A stretch of DNA of 32,000 bases from Nostoc sp. PCC 7120 = FACHB-418 (GTDB lineage Bacteria; Cyanobacteriota; Cyanobacteriia; Cyanobacteriales; Nostocaceae). The notes below the pieces were generated by a model. It worked only from the letters and a program-made list of their open reading frames with translations, was not told where the DNA came from and did not search any database. Where the stretch lies: NCBI RefSeq assembly GCF_000009705.1, contig NC_003272.1:2040001-2072000 (forward strand), in the 5' to 3' direction. Shown here piece by piece: positions 1 to 8,400 of this stretch; positions within the stretch are counted from its first letter, which is position 1; each line of letters opens with the position of its first letter. The position numbers and the translations under genes are program-made.

Positions 1-261
1 CAAGCCAAGCGAGAAGGTGACGTTCTGGTAGTACAAACGGCAGAAGCGATTGCTGACTTGCCCAAAAAACGCCGACCACCGTTTAAAGGCGGCGGCGGCG
101 GTGGCCCCCGTGGTGGTTTCAGAAAACCATTCCCCCCCAGAAGACCAGGAGAAACGCCCCGCCCAATCAAGAAAGTCGGTGGCGAAACCTCTGCGGTTTC
201 CAAACCCCAACCGAAAGCACCGGTTCCCAAGCCGGTGAAGAAACCCAAGCCGACGGAGTAG
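1..261 (+). CDS. 3' end of a CDS (5' end outside the window). The C-terminal tail is Gly/Arg-rich then Pro/Lys-rich (RGG-like), so possibly an RNA-binding protein. Family not identifiable.
   Basis: Frame 1 is open from base 1 (QAKREGDVLVVQTAEAIADLPKKRRPPFKGGGGGGPRGGFRK...KKPKPTE) and stops at TAG 259-261. The Met at 58 in the ORF track is internal. The overlapping 50..238 ORF is an alternative frame of the same GC-rich stretch. Confidence 0.5.
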   Translation, partial: QAKREGDVLVVQTAEAIADLPKKRRPPFKGGGGGGPRGGFRKPFPPRRPGETPRPIKKVGGETSAVSKPQPKAPVPKPVKKPKPTE

Positions 262-317
262 GAAGGGGGCAGGGAAGTAGGGAGCAGGGAAGGCTGGGGA
301 GTAGGGGGACTGGGGAG
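261..317 (+). other. G-run tract with seven runs of 3 or more G on the + strand
   Basis: Read directly: ggaagggggcagggaagtagggagcagggaaggctggggagtagggggactggggag. It starts immediately after the stop codon of the upstream CDS. Confidence 0.7.
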
Positions 318-324
318 AAATATT

Positions 325-373
325 AATCCCCAATCCCCAATCCCCAATCCCTAATCCCTAATCCCCAATCCCT
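325..373. repeat. STRR-type tandem heptamer array (AATCCCC/AATCCCT) x7
   Basis: Seven contiguous 7-nt units read directly: 325-331, 332-338, 339-345, 346-352, 353-359, 360-366, 367-373. The TAG stop (372-374, minus strand) of the next gene lies in the last unit. Confidence 0.9.
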
Positions 374-1568
374 AAAAATCCGTCCAACGGTCTTGAGGCA
401 GAAACGAACGCTCTTTGGGAATCGGTGCTACTGGTTCCGTAAGAGTGAAACTACCTGCCTCAATCCACTGTTTTAACTCTAAGGCTACCTGTCGAGCTAG
501 AAACATACTAGCCAAAGGAGCAGCCCGGACTGTTTTGCCCTCAATGGTGATACGCCCAGACTTGAGTTGGGCGTAACTCACCAAACCAAATGTGGGACGA
601 ACGCGCCGAGGAATGGAAAAGTCTACTATTGGCGCTACTAAATCTTGGTCTTGAACTGCACAGTGTTCTACAACCTCTTCATTTAACACCGGCAGTGGGA
701 TACCTACGCCCAACATCAACGAAGGACCATAGCTTTTGAAATAACAACCCCTCACCCAACGAGCATCCATTTGCTTGGCATCACCAATTAAAGCTAGAGT
801 CGCCGCCGGGCCAATTGGGGTTTGATTGGCTAGGCGCTTTTGTAAGGGAAAGTGTTGAGTACCTTCCCAAGCCACATAACCAATCCCACCACCCAAGAAA
901 ATTCTTGTGCCAATACCAACGAGTTGTAAGTTAGGGTCATTGAATAGGGGAGAAATTGCCCCAGGATTGGAGTAAACAGCATTACCCAAACGTGGTTGTA
1001 AGGGGCCGAGATAAGTATGAAGTGGGCGATCGCCTCCATTCACACCTACGATAAAATTTTGGTAGAGATTCCGAGGATTGAATAGATAAAACTGATTTAT
1101 CGTGTCGCGGGTAATTGTTGTTTCAAAACTCGCTCTCGGATAACAATCAGTTACCTGTCCTTGCGCTCTGACGTGTATAGGTTTACCTGCGATTAAATCT
1201 TCGATCACATGACCGCCGCCACGTTCTCGGACTTCTTCACCGTCCATCAAGTCTACAGCACAGCTAGCACCCAGGTATAAATCAACAGCCCCAAAACCAC
1301 TGTATGCTGGAACACCATCTAACCAGCAACGGCGAATTTTGATTGGTGGGTCAGTGTGTCCGAGATTGAGAATAGCGCCAGTTGATTCCATTGGTTCAAA
1401 AGTGCCAGTAGTAACTACATCAACCTCTTGAGCAACTTTACTCACACCAACTTCTAAAACTCGTGCCTTTAATTCCTCAACCGTTAGGACTGTCGCCGTT
1501 TTACGGTTAATTTTTTCATTAATTTCCGCAATAGTTCGCATTTTAAATGTAGCGGATAGACATTTCAA
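372..1568 (-). CDS. COG1900/DUF39 family protein (homocysteine biosynthesis / L-aspartate-semialdehyde sulfurtransferase-like). The true start is probably the second ATG at 1541 (MRTIAEINEK...).
   Basis: 398-aa ORF. The sequence MRTIAEINEKI...VLTVEELK...DVVTTGTFEPMESTGAILNLGHTDPPIKI...AVDLYLGA matches my memory of DUF39 proteins annotated as homocysteine biosynthesis protein in methanogens and cyanobacteria. Length fits the DUF39 domain alone. Confidence 0.75.
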   Translation of the reverse strand: MKCLSATFKMRTIAEINEKINRKTATVLTVEELKARVLEVGVSKVAQEVDVVTTGTFEPMESTGAILNLGHTDPPIKIRRCWLDGVPAYSGFGAVDLYLGASCAVDLMDGEEVRERGGGHVIEDLIAGKPIHVRAQGQVTDCYPRASFETTITRDTINQFYLFNPRNLYQNFIVGVNGGDRPLHTYLGPLQPRLGNAVYSNPGAISPLFNDPNLQLVGIGTRIFLGGGIGYVAWEGTQHFPLQKRLANQTPIGPAATLALIGDAKQMDARWVRGCYFKSYGPSLMLGVGIPLPVLNEEVVEHCAVQDQDLVAPIVDFSIPRRVRPTFGLVSYAQLKSGRITIEGKTVRAAPLASMFLARQVALELKQWIEAGSFTLTEPVAPIPKERSFLPQDRWTDF

Positions 1569-1835
1569 TTATGAGGCAGTATGTCTGCCAGATAACCGAT
1601 TAAATCAGTTTGGCGAGAAAAATCCAATAACCTTCATCAGAAATGTACATCAGCCAGTTATAGATTTACCAATATTAGTATTAATGGTAAGGAGTAGAGT
1701 TTGGCATTAATATTCAGCCAAATCTAAATATAGGACTCCTATTTGATTTTTGTTAGTGTAGCCTGCACTATGGGCTGACGAGTCCCAGTAAATAAGTCAA
1801 TTTACAAATCAGATTGTCAAATTACCAAACTAGCT

Positions 1836-2264
1836 TTAATTATTAGCTAATTCCGGTATAGTAGCTTCTAACTTGAGACAATTAGCCCCATCAACTTGTA
1901 ACTGATATTCGACTTTATCCATTAAACGATTCATAATTAGCCAACCATAGCCGCCTTCTTGCCTATCATCAGGATTGGGCGGGAAGTAGGTAGACATATC
2001 AAAACCTGTGCCGTAGTCCCAAATTTCTAAAGCAATATCTCGTTCTTTAAATTCCAAGCGTAGTAAGATTGGTAAATTTGGTTGCTCTTTATGGGCATGA
2101 CGCACAACGTTAGAGTAAGCTTCTACTAACGCTAAACGTAAGCGACTGGACTGTCTTGACCAATCAACAGATTCTCCTAATTGGATTTTCAAGCATCCCA
2201 ATAACCAGTGTTCCACTATGTTTAAATAGTTCAAGTCGCTTGGTACGTGAAGCTCACTTTTCAT
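1836..2264 (-). CDS. Anti-sigma regulatory factor, an RsbW/SpoIIAB-like serine protein kinase (GHKL ATPase fold)
   Basis: 142 aa. N-box-like EAYSNVVRHA and G1-like IWDYGTGF are present. The start lies 3 nt after the stop of the upstream PP2C gene, suggesting translational coupling. Confidence 0.8.
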   Translation of the reverse strand: MKSELHVPSDLNYLNIVEHWLLGCLKIQLGESVDWSRQSSRLRLALVEAYSNVVRHAHKEQPNLPILLRLEFKERDIALEIWDYGTGFDMSTYFPPNPDDRQEGGYGWLIMNRLMDKVEYQLQVDGANCLKLEATIPELANN

Positions 2265-2267
2265 AAC

Positions 2268-3941
2268 TTACAAAACCTCCAGTGAGAGTATGGTTTGATC
2301 ATCTTCTTGAATGTGGTTATCTGCCTGAATCCGTGATAGTAAATGGTTGAGAGATAGTGGTTGAGGCTCTTGTTGTAAGAGTTGCCACAGACCATCTTGA
2401 TTCAGCATAGAATGACTTGCTAGCTGAACGCCACCCACGGTTTTTACTTGTTTCAATAAGCTATTTGATACCATTGCTTCCGTGATACCATCACTGGCCA
2501 GCAGTAGTGTATCTCCGGGGGCCAGAATCAAACTACCCGACTTAGCCTGCCATTTCGGTAAAATGCCTAAAGGAATGCCTCTCACGGTAAGATAGTTAGG
2601 TTTTTCTGGGGCAATTTGATTTGACCAAACCAGGGGATAAATATGTCCAGCATTTGCATAGACTAACTCTCTAGTAGTAGGTGTATAACGAGCTAGCACA
2701 AAAGTAATAAAGCAATTGTTACTAATTAAGTCATCACATAAGGCATGATTGAGATTGTGTATAACTACATTGGGTTCGGCTGGGATTTCTTGGGCTAATT
2801 CCCGTCTTAAAACAGAAATTGCACTAGCCATGAATAAAGCAGCAGGTACGCCTTTACCGGAAACATCACCGACTGCTAACCACACATCACCTTTGGTGGG
2901 GTGAACAAAGATTTCAAAAAAATCGCCTCCTACTTCTCTTGCAGGATAGCAGCAAGCTTGTAATTTTGCGCTTTTTATATCCGGTAGGGTTTGGCGTAGT
3001 AAATTATTTTGAATTTGCCGCGCCACTTCTAATTCAGCACTAATTTGCTGTTGTTTTTCTTGCAGGCGTTGGTAGAGTTTTGCTTGGGAAACGGCTAAAG
3101 CTGCTTGTTCAGCCACACCCGTAATTAATTGAATATCTTCGTCTTGCCAAGGATGCTCTCGTCCCCACTGGTAAAGAGCCAAGACAGCTAACAAGTGCTG
3201 TTGGTAAGATAGGGGGACAACCAAGTAGTTACAGGGATTGTCATTGTATATCTCTTGGGCAATTTGATAATGGCCGGTTTCGAGTACTTGGGAAATTAAA
3301 GTAGCAGGATCAAAGGCGCTATCAGGTAAGTTGTATGCTGGATTTTGATAATAAAACTGATTTGCAGTGAGGCGGTTGTTTTCTACTGGTTTGAGTAAAC
3401 AACAAGTAGCTTCAAAGGTTTGTCCAATGGTAGCTGCGATTTTTTGCAGCATACTCTCATAATCTAAGGACTCTCGAATTGCTGTTGTGACGGCGTTAAA
3501 TAAGGATTCCCGCCGCAAAGACCGACGCAATTCGTGGGTGCGCTTTTTGACCAACCGATATGTATCAGTAGCTTGCTCAACTAGATTTTTTAGCCTTTCA
3601 GGGTTCCAAGGTTTGGTGATGTATTTGAAAACCTGACCAGAGTTAATGGCTTCTACCAAATCTTCCACATCTGTAAAACCAGTAAGTAAAATCCGAATGG
3701 TGTCGGGAAATTTTTCTACTGTCAGGCTGAGAAATTCGGTACCGTTCATTTCAGGCATTCTTTGATCTGAAATAATTACAGCCATTTCGCCTTCTTGAGC
3801 TAGAATTTCCAAAGCTTTCCGGGCATGATTAGCTTTATATACTTGAAAGTCTCGCCTAAAAGTACGGTAGAGTAAATCTAAATTATCTGGCTCATCGTCT
3901 ACTACCATGAGCTTCAGTTTTTCTACCTTAGTTTCCGTCAT
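2268..3941 (-). CDS. Response regulator with REC-GAF-PP2C (SpoIIE/RsbU-type) phosphatase architecture
   Basis: 557 aa. REC: MVVDDEPDNL...ISDQRMPEMNG...KPW. Central GAF-like segment. C-terminal PP2C/SpoIIE motifs: ARQIQNNLL, GGDFFEIF, VGDVSGKGVPAALFMA, LASDGITE. Confidence 0.9.
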   Translation of the reverse strand: MTETKVEKLKLMVVDDEPDNLDLLYRTFRRDFQVYKANHARKALEILAQEGEMAVIISDQRMPEMNGTEFLSLTVEKFPDTIRILLTGFTDVEDLVEAINSGQVFKYITKPWNPERLKNLVEQATDTYRLVKKRTHELRRSLRRESLFNAVTTAIRESLDYESMLQKIAATIGQTFEATCCLLKPVENNRLTANQFYYQNPAYNLPDSAFDPATLISQVLETGHYQIAQEIYNDNPCNYLVVPLSYQQHLLAVLALYQWGREHPWQDEDIQLITGVAEQAALAVSQAKLYQRLQEKQQQISAELEVARQIQNNLLRQTLPDIKSAKLQACCYPAREVGGDFFEIFVHPTKGDVWLAVGDVSGKGVPAALFMASAISVLRRELAQEIPAEPNVVIHNLNHALCDDLISNNCFITFVLARYTPTTRELVYANAGHIYPLVWSNQIAPEKPNYLTVRGIPLGILPKWQAKSGSLILAPGDTLLLASDGITEAMVSNSLLKQVKTVGGVQLASHSMLNQDGLWQLLQQEPQPLSLNHLLSRIQADNHIQEDDQTILSLEVL

Positions 3942-4110
3942 ATTTGACTTGCTTTCTCGGATACTAAAAATTAGCGAGATATGGCAACTGTTATCTCACT
4001 GAGTCGTCAAAAGGCGTTCTCAAAAGTAATCTTTGATGAAAAGCTTACTTGTCTGACAAGTATAACTTTACTCTTTGAGTTATTGGTAAATCTTTAAATC
4101 GCTAGTAAAT

Positions 4111-4836
4111 TTAACCCACTAATCCAGAGCGTAAGGCGCGGACAGCAGCTTGGGTGCGGTCATCGGCGCAGAGTTTATTGAGAATATTGCGAACGTGGGT
4201 TTTTACAGTGCCGACTGTAATGTAAAGGCGTTCAGCGATGACCGCGTTACTACAGCCTTCGACAATTAGCTGTAATACTTCTAACTCTCTTTCCGTCAGG
4301 GTATAGGAGTCGATAGTCTCTAAGTTATCTTCGGTTTCTGAGTTTGCGAAGGAATTTTTCGCTTCTGTTATGGTGGTTACTGGTTTTGGAGACTGTTGTT
4401 GTGCTTGTTGTAGTACAATTCTGGCGATCGCTGGATCAATCCAAGCGTTGCCATTATAAGTTACTCTAACTGCTTCCAGTAGATTATCAAACCTAATATC
4501 TTTCATACAGTAAGAATCAGCCCCAGCTGCGAAAGCTGCCAAAACTGCTTCTTTATTATCACGCAAGGTTAAAATCAATACTTTTGTTGGTAAGTCTGCG
4601 CCGTTACTGATTGATTTTAATTCCTTTGTTAGCTCAATTCCGTCTTTATCTGGCAAACCGATATCGACGATCGCAATATCTGGTTGTACCTTTTTTAACA
4701 TATTTAGTCCTTCTGTCGCATTGGCAGCTTCTCCCACCACTTCAATTTCTTCTTTTTGTAGCAGTGCTGTCCGAATACCCACACGGGTGAGATCATGATC
4801 CTCAATCAGCGCAATCCGAATTTTATTCATAGTCAA
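4111..4836 (-). CDS. NarL/FixJ (LuxR-type HTH) family two-component response regulator
   Basis: 241 aa. REC (IALIEDHDLTR...IAIVDIGLPDKDG) plus a C-terminal LuxR HTH (LTERELEVLQLIVEGCSNAVIAERLYITVGTVKTHVRNILNKL). Confidence 0.9.
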   Translation of the reverse strand: MTMNKIRIALIEDHDLTRVGIRTALLQKEEIEVVGEAANATEGLNMLKKVQPDIAIVDIGLPDKDGIELTKELKSISNGADLPTKVLILTLRDNKEAVLAAFAAGADSYCMKDIRFDNLLEAVRVTYNGNAWIDPAIARIVLQQAQQQSPKPVTTITEAKNSFANSETEDNLETIDSYTLTERELEVLQLIVEGCSNAVIAERLYITVGTVKTHVRNILNKLCADDRTQAAVRALRSGLVG

Positions 4837-5098
4837 TTTCTACCCGTCACGCTAGCTTAACTTCAAAATCGTATTTATCGGAAATTTTTCATAGATACAG
4901 TTTTCAGCAGTTACCCAACAATAAATATAGAATTTCTCGTCATGTAGTCTTGTGCATGGGTGTATGACTAATACACGCTCTCATGAAAACCTTACACTTA
5001 AATCATCAAATCGGATAGCCATACCTCAAATATAAGCACTCTGTCTAAACCGACGCATTTAATTCTGCTTTCTATTTTGGCAGGTGTCAGGCTCAAGC

Positions 5099-5268
5099 AG
5101 GACTTACGCACCCAGATTTTCTTTTGAGACCGGGTGTAAGGGTGTAGGGGTTTCAAACATTTATTTTGAATTTTGTAGCTTTAGCTTCCCGTAGGGTATT
5201 TTGAATTGATTCATATCCCTATACCCTTCTCCAAACCCTTGACCTTTCGTTTTTCATGCGTAAGTCCT
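5099..5268. mobile_element. MITE-like non-coding palindromic element (170 bp) with perfect 12-bp terminal inverted repeats AGGACTTACGCA / TGCGTAAGTCCT
   Basis: TIRs read at 5099-5110 and 5257-5268. The inner arms are imperfectly complementary (taagggtgtagggg vs ccctatacccttc). There is a possible 5-bp duplication TCAAG at 5093-5097 and 5270-5274. The central module at 5161-5208 recurs at 20277-20326. Confidence 0.6.
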
Positions 5269-5636
5269 ATCAAGATAAACACACCCTCAGCTAGCTCTGG
5301 AATTGTTGATTACAGCAAAAAATTTTCGTCTTTGAGATATCTTCACGGAAACTAGCCTGTTCTGTTTGTTAACTATCTTATGTAGTTTTTTCATCAAAAA
5401 TAAAGAAAAAAGTTAATGTTTTTAGCGATTTGTCAAAAATCACTGATAAAAGCTTACTTAAGCAGTATAAGCTGTTTTTATCATCCAAAATAAGCAAAAT
5501 TAGGGCTTTGTTTTGCATCTGGGGTTGTCTTAAAAGGCTTATTTGGATAAATTTACTCCTCTATCAGCCTAGAGGCAACCTATTAGAAAATTTGATAAAC
5601 TATCGTCGAGAGAGTCTGGTGTGAGGCTAAAGGGCT

Positions 5637-6389
5637 ATGTTTCCATCATCTAAAGTGTTTTCAGTACTGGGAATTCCAGTTCATGTAATGAGTGACTATC
5701 CGAGTTGGTTACTGGAATGCCTGCGACAGGGGAAAGGCGCTCATGTAGTGACACTCAATGCAGAAATGACGATGCAGGCACAGCAAAATACATCATTGAA
5801 CAACATAATTCAGAATGCTGAATTAGTAATTCCTGATGGTGCAGGAGTGGTGATGTATTTGCGGTGGCTTTGTTGGCAAAAAGTCCAGCGCTGTCCGGGA
5901 ATTGAACTGGCGGAAACTTTGTTAAAAGCAATCGGTCAAGAGCAAGCAGATAAAACTGTATTCTTCTATGGAGGAGCGCCAGGAGTAACTGCACAAGCGG
6001 CGAATGATTGGCAGCAAAAAATACCTAGTTTGAATATAGTAGGTACTCACTCCGGTTACCATTCTGCACAAGAAGAACAACAACTGCAAAAAACTCTCGC
6101 CCAATTACAACCACAGGTAATTTTGGTTGGTTTGGGTGTTCCACGGCAAGAATTATGGATTGCCCAAAATCGTCACTTGTGTCCTCAAGCCATTTGGATT
6201 GGTGTTGGTGGTAGTTTTGATATTTGGTCAGGAAGCAAAGATCGCGCCCCCGCTTGGTTGGCTAATAATAATTTGGAATGGCTATATCGTTTATATAAAG
6301 AGCCTTGGCGTTGGCGGCGAATGTTGGCTCTGCCTCAGTTTGCGGTGAAAGCTTTTGTTTACCGTTTGACTATGAAGGGTGCGATTTAG
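5637..6389 (+). CDS. WecB/TagA/CpsF family glycosyltransferase (N-acetylmannosaminyltransferase-like)
   Basis: 250 aa with family hallmarks: VVTLNAEM, PDGAGVV, FFYGGAPGV, VGLGVPRQELW, GVGGSFD...RAP.W...EWLYRL..EPWRWRRM. Confidence 0.85.
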   Translation: MFPSSKVFSVLGIPVHVMSDYPSWLLECLRQGKGAHVVTLNAEMTMQAQQNTSLNNIIQNAELVIPDGAGVVMYLRWLCWQKVQRCPGIELAETLLKAIGQEQADKTVFFYGGAPGVTAQAANDWQQKIPSLNIVGTHSGYHSAQEEQQLQKTLAQLQPQVILVGLGVPRQELWIAQNRHLCPQAIWIGVGGSFDIWSGSKDRAPAWLANNNLEWLYRLYKEPWRWRRMLALPQFAVKAFVYRLTMKGAI

Positions 6390-6464
6390 TACATCACTCA
6401 CCCAAGAGATAGTACTTGCGCCATTTTGAAGATTAGAAAAATTTTAATTTTGAGTTTTGATTTT

Positions 6465-6500
6465 GGGATTCCCAGGCATGAGTTGGGAATCCTTATTTTT
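6465..6500 (+). terminator. Intrinsic terminator downstream of the glycosyltransferase gene
   Basis: A 9-10 bp stem (GGGATTCCCA 6465-6474 / TGGGAATCC 6484-6492) with a 9-nt loop, followed by TTATTTTT (6493-6500). Confidence 0.6.
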
Positions 6501-6599
6501 AAGTTAATACTGTTCAGAGAAGGGTAAACCTGCCGAGCTAGGCAGGAAAGAATGAATATTACACTGAACAGTTGCCTATTGCCTAAGGAAAATTGAGTA

Positions 6600-7346
6600 A
6601 TGCCCCTATTAACGAATCCAGTCACTGCCGAACAGGCTATTCATGAAAAAGCAAGTCCAACCCAAGAGGAAAGTGTTACTACCAGTAATATGGTGCAGTT
6701 AAATGGGGTGACCAAAACCTATGCTAATGGTTGCCATGCCTTGCTGGATATTAACTTAGAGATCAAAAAGAAAGAATTTTTATTTATTACAGGGCCTAGT
6801 GGTTCAGGTAAGTCAACTCTGCTAAAACTTTTGTATGGCGAGGAGTTACCCACCCAAGGAGAGGTGATTGTTAATGACTGTAGTGTCACAAATTTACGGG
6901 GCGATCGCTTATCATTATTACGCCGACGTATTGGCATTGTTTTTCAGGACTACAAACTAATTCCCCAGCGAACAGTCGCGGAAAATGTCACTTTTGTCTT
7001 GCAAGCACAAGGTTACACTCGTAAGGAAATTCAGAGGCGTTTAGAACCTACACTCAAATTAGTGGGTTTGCTTTCTAAGGCTGACTGCTTTCCTGATCAA
7101 CTTTCTGGAGGAGAACAACAACGGGTAAGTATTGCACGGGCGATAGTGGGAACGCCGCCCTTAATATTAGCTGATGAACCTACAGGCAATCTCGATCCCG
7201 ATAACTCTTGGCAAGTAATGCAGATTCTACAAAAATTAAATGCTTTTGGGGCAACTGTGATTGTCACTACTCACGATGAGCAACTGGTACGCCGATGTAA
7301 TCGGCCTGTAGTTCAGGTTCGGGATGGTAGATTATATCGTAAATAG
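6600..7346 (+). CDS. ftsE: Cell division ATP-binding protein FtsE (ABC ATPase). An alternative start at ATG 6690 (MVQLNGV...) would give 218 aa.
   Basis: Walker [11 protein letters not shown]-loop, signature LSGGEQQRV, Walker [13 protein letters not shown] and H-loop TTHD are present. The overall pattern is typical of FtsE. AAGGA lies about 10 nt upstream of 6600. Confidence 0.8.
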   Translation: MPLLTNPVTAEQAIHEKASPTQEESVTTSNMVQLNGVTKTYANGCHALLDINLEIKKKEFLFITGPSGSGKSTLLKLLYGEELPTQGEVIVNDCSVTNLRGDRLSLLRRRIGIVFQDYKLIPQRTVAENVTFVLQAQGYTRKEIQRRLEPTLKLVGLLSKADCFPDQLSGGEQQRVSIARAIVGTPPLILADEPTGNLDPDNSWQVMQILQKLNAFGATVIVTTHDEQLVRRCNRPVVQVRDGRLYRK

Positions 7347-7353
7347 TCAGGGA

Positions 7354-8124
7354 TTACAAATGAGAAACCCTTGCTTTAACTTTGGTTGATAAAGGTATCA
7401 GAGTTGGCATAGGACTAGATTGTAATGGTTGTGATTGCTCTAAAGCTTGCCAACTATCCAAAGCCGCCTCCCGAACTATTGGCTCTTCCTCACGAGCCAG
7501 TAGCAATTGCAAGCATTGGCTAATCTCTCGTTGCAGTCCTGAATCAATTTGTTGAGTGGTGATGATTTTAGTTAATCGGCGTAAAGTAACCAACCGCTTT
7601 AGGGAGTCTGTTTCTGTAAGATTGAGGAACAACTGCTCAAAGTTTTGCTCCTCTTTACCAGTATAAGATTTGACAAGTTGCCATACAAGTAAAATTATAG
7701 TTAACAATGTCCCTAATCCTTGAGCGATCGCCCCAGTCGCTATCCAAGGACTAGGAGAGTCAGCCAAAATTGACGCGGCCATATAAGTACTGACAGTACT
7801 GAGTCCACCACCACCTACAGCTATGACTAATCGCCGATTTGGGCCACTAAAAAACCTTTGAATTTCTACCCAACGTAATTGCCAGTCCCATTTTTGCATT
7901 GAGTAGACTAATGACATTACGCCAATACCAACCAGCAGAGCCAATAGTAGTTTCCAGTTCCACAACAGCATCGCCACAGTAATTATCAGCAAGCCTAGAA
8001 GACCGCTTGGCTCTGAGAGATGCTGAAAAGTCCGCCGCTTGGTGGCTTTAGTCTTAAGCTCTGGAAGCAGCCAGTTAGGCATCTGGTTGATTAATTGCTG
8101 CCAAGAAGACAAAGCCTTTACCAC
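7354..8124 (-). CDS. Hypothetical membrane protein with a hydrophobic N-terminal half and a helical, charged C-terminal half. No family recognised.
   Basis: 256-aa ORF with a GTG start at 8124; the first in-frame ATG is at 8082. Hydrophobic segments include LLGLLIITVAMLLWNW, LLLALLVGIGVMSLV and LGTLLTIILLVWQLV. A HIP1 site lies inside. Confidence 0.55.
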   Translation of the reverse strand: MVKALSSWQQLINQMPNWLLPELKTKATKRRTFQHLSEPSGLLGLLIITVAMLLWNWKLLLALLVGIGVMSLVYSMQKWDWQLRWVEIQRFFSGPNRRLVIAVGGGGLSTVSTYMAASILADSPSPWIATGAIAQGLGTLLTIILLVWQLVKSYTGKEEQNFEQLFLNLTETDSLKRLVTLRRLTKIITTQQIDSGLQREISQCLQLLLAREEEPIVREAALDSWQALEQSQPLQSSPMPTLIPLSTKVKARVSHL

Positions 8125-8400
8125 AGTGTTTACCTACCTAACATTACAAGATTGTCTAATGTATAAGTTGCACTTGGTATAAGGACAGGATGACTTAGGA
8201 TGTTTAATACTAGTGAGGTTGAATTTTCACTCGTTACTCAGAACTCATAACGTTTTATCAGCTCACAGTCTTACCCATACTAAGCATTCGTGCTTTCCCA
8301 ATACCAAATACTGTAAATTGACAATCAATAATACTCTATAAGAATACCTGGGTTGAAGTGGATCAAACGATTTTGCTACTAAAATTGTTCTGGGTTGTTT

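Noticed and set aside
1775-1782. CTGACGAG resembles the CUGANGA core of a hammerhead ribozyme
   Set aside because: No adjacent stem II, no GAAA box and no cleavage-site context could be drawn on either strand. A single 8-mer match is expected by chance.
5430-5624. 64-aa ORF upstream of the glycosyltransferase gene. Also 6398..6625 (75 aa, minus) and 18569..18760 (63 aa, minus).
   Set aside because: These are AT-rich intergenic DNA with Lys/Leu/Ile-rich low-complexity translations, unconvincing starts and no family resemblance. 6398..6625 also spans the terminator hairpin and the leader inverted repeats.
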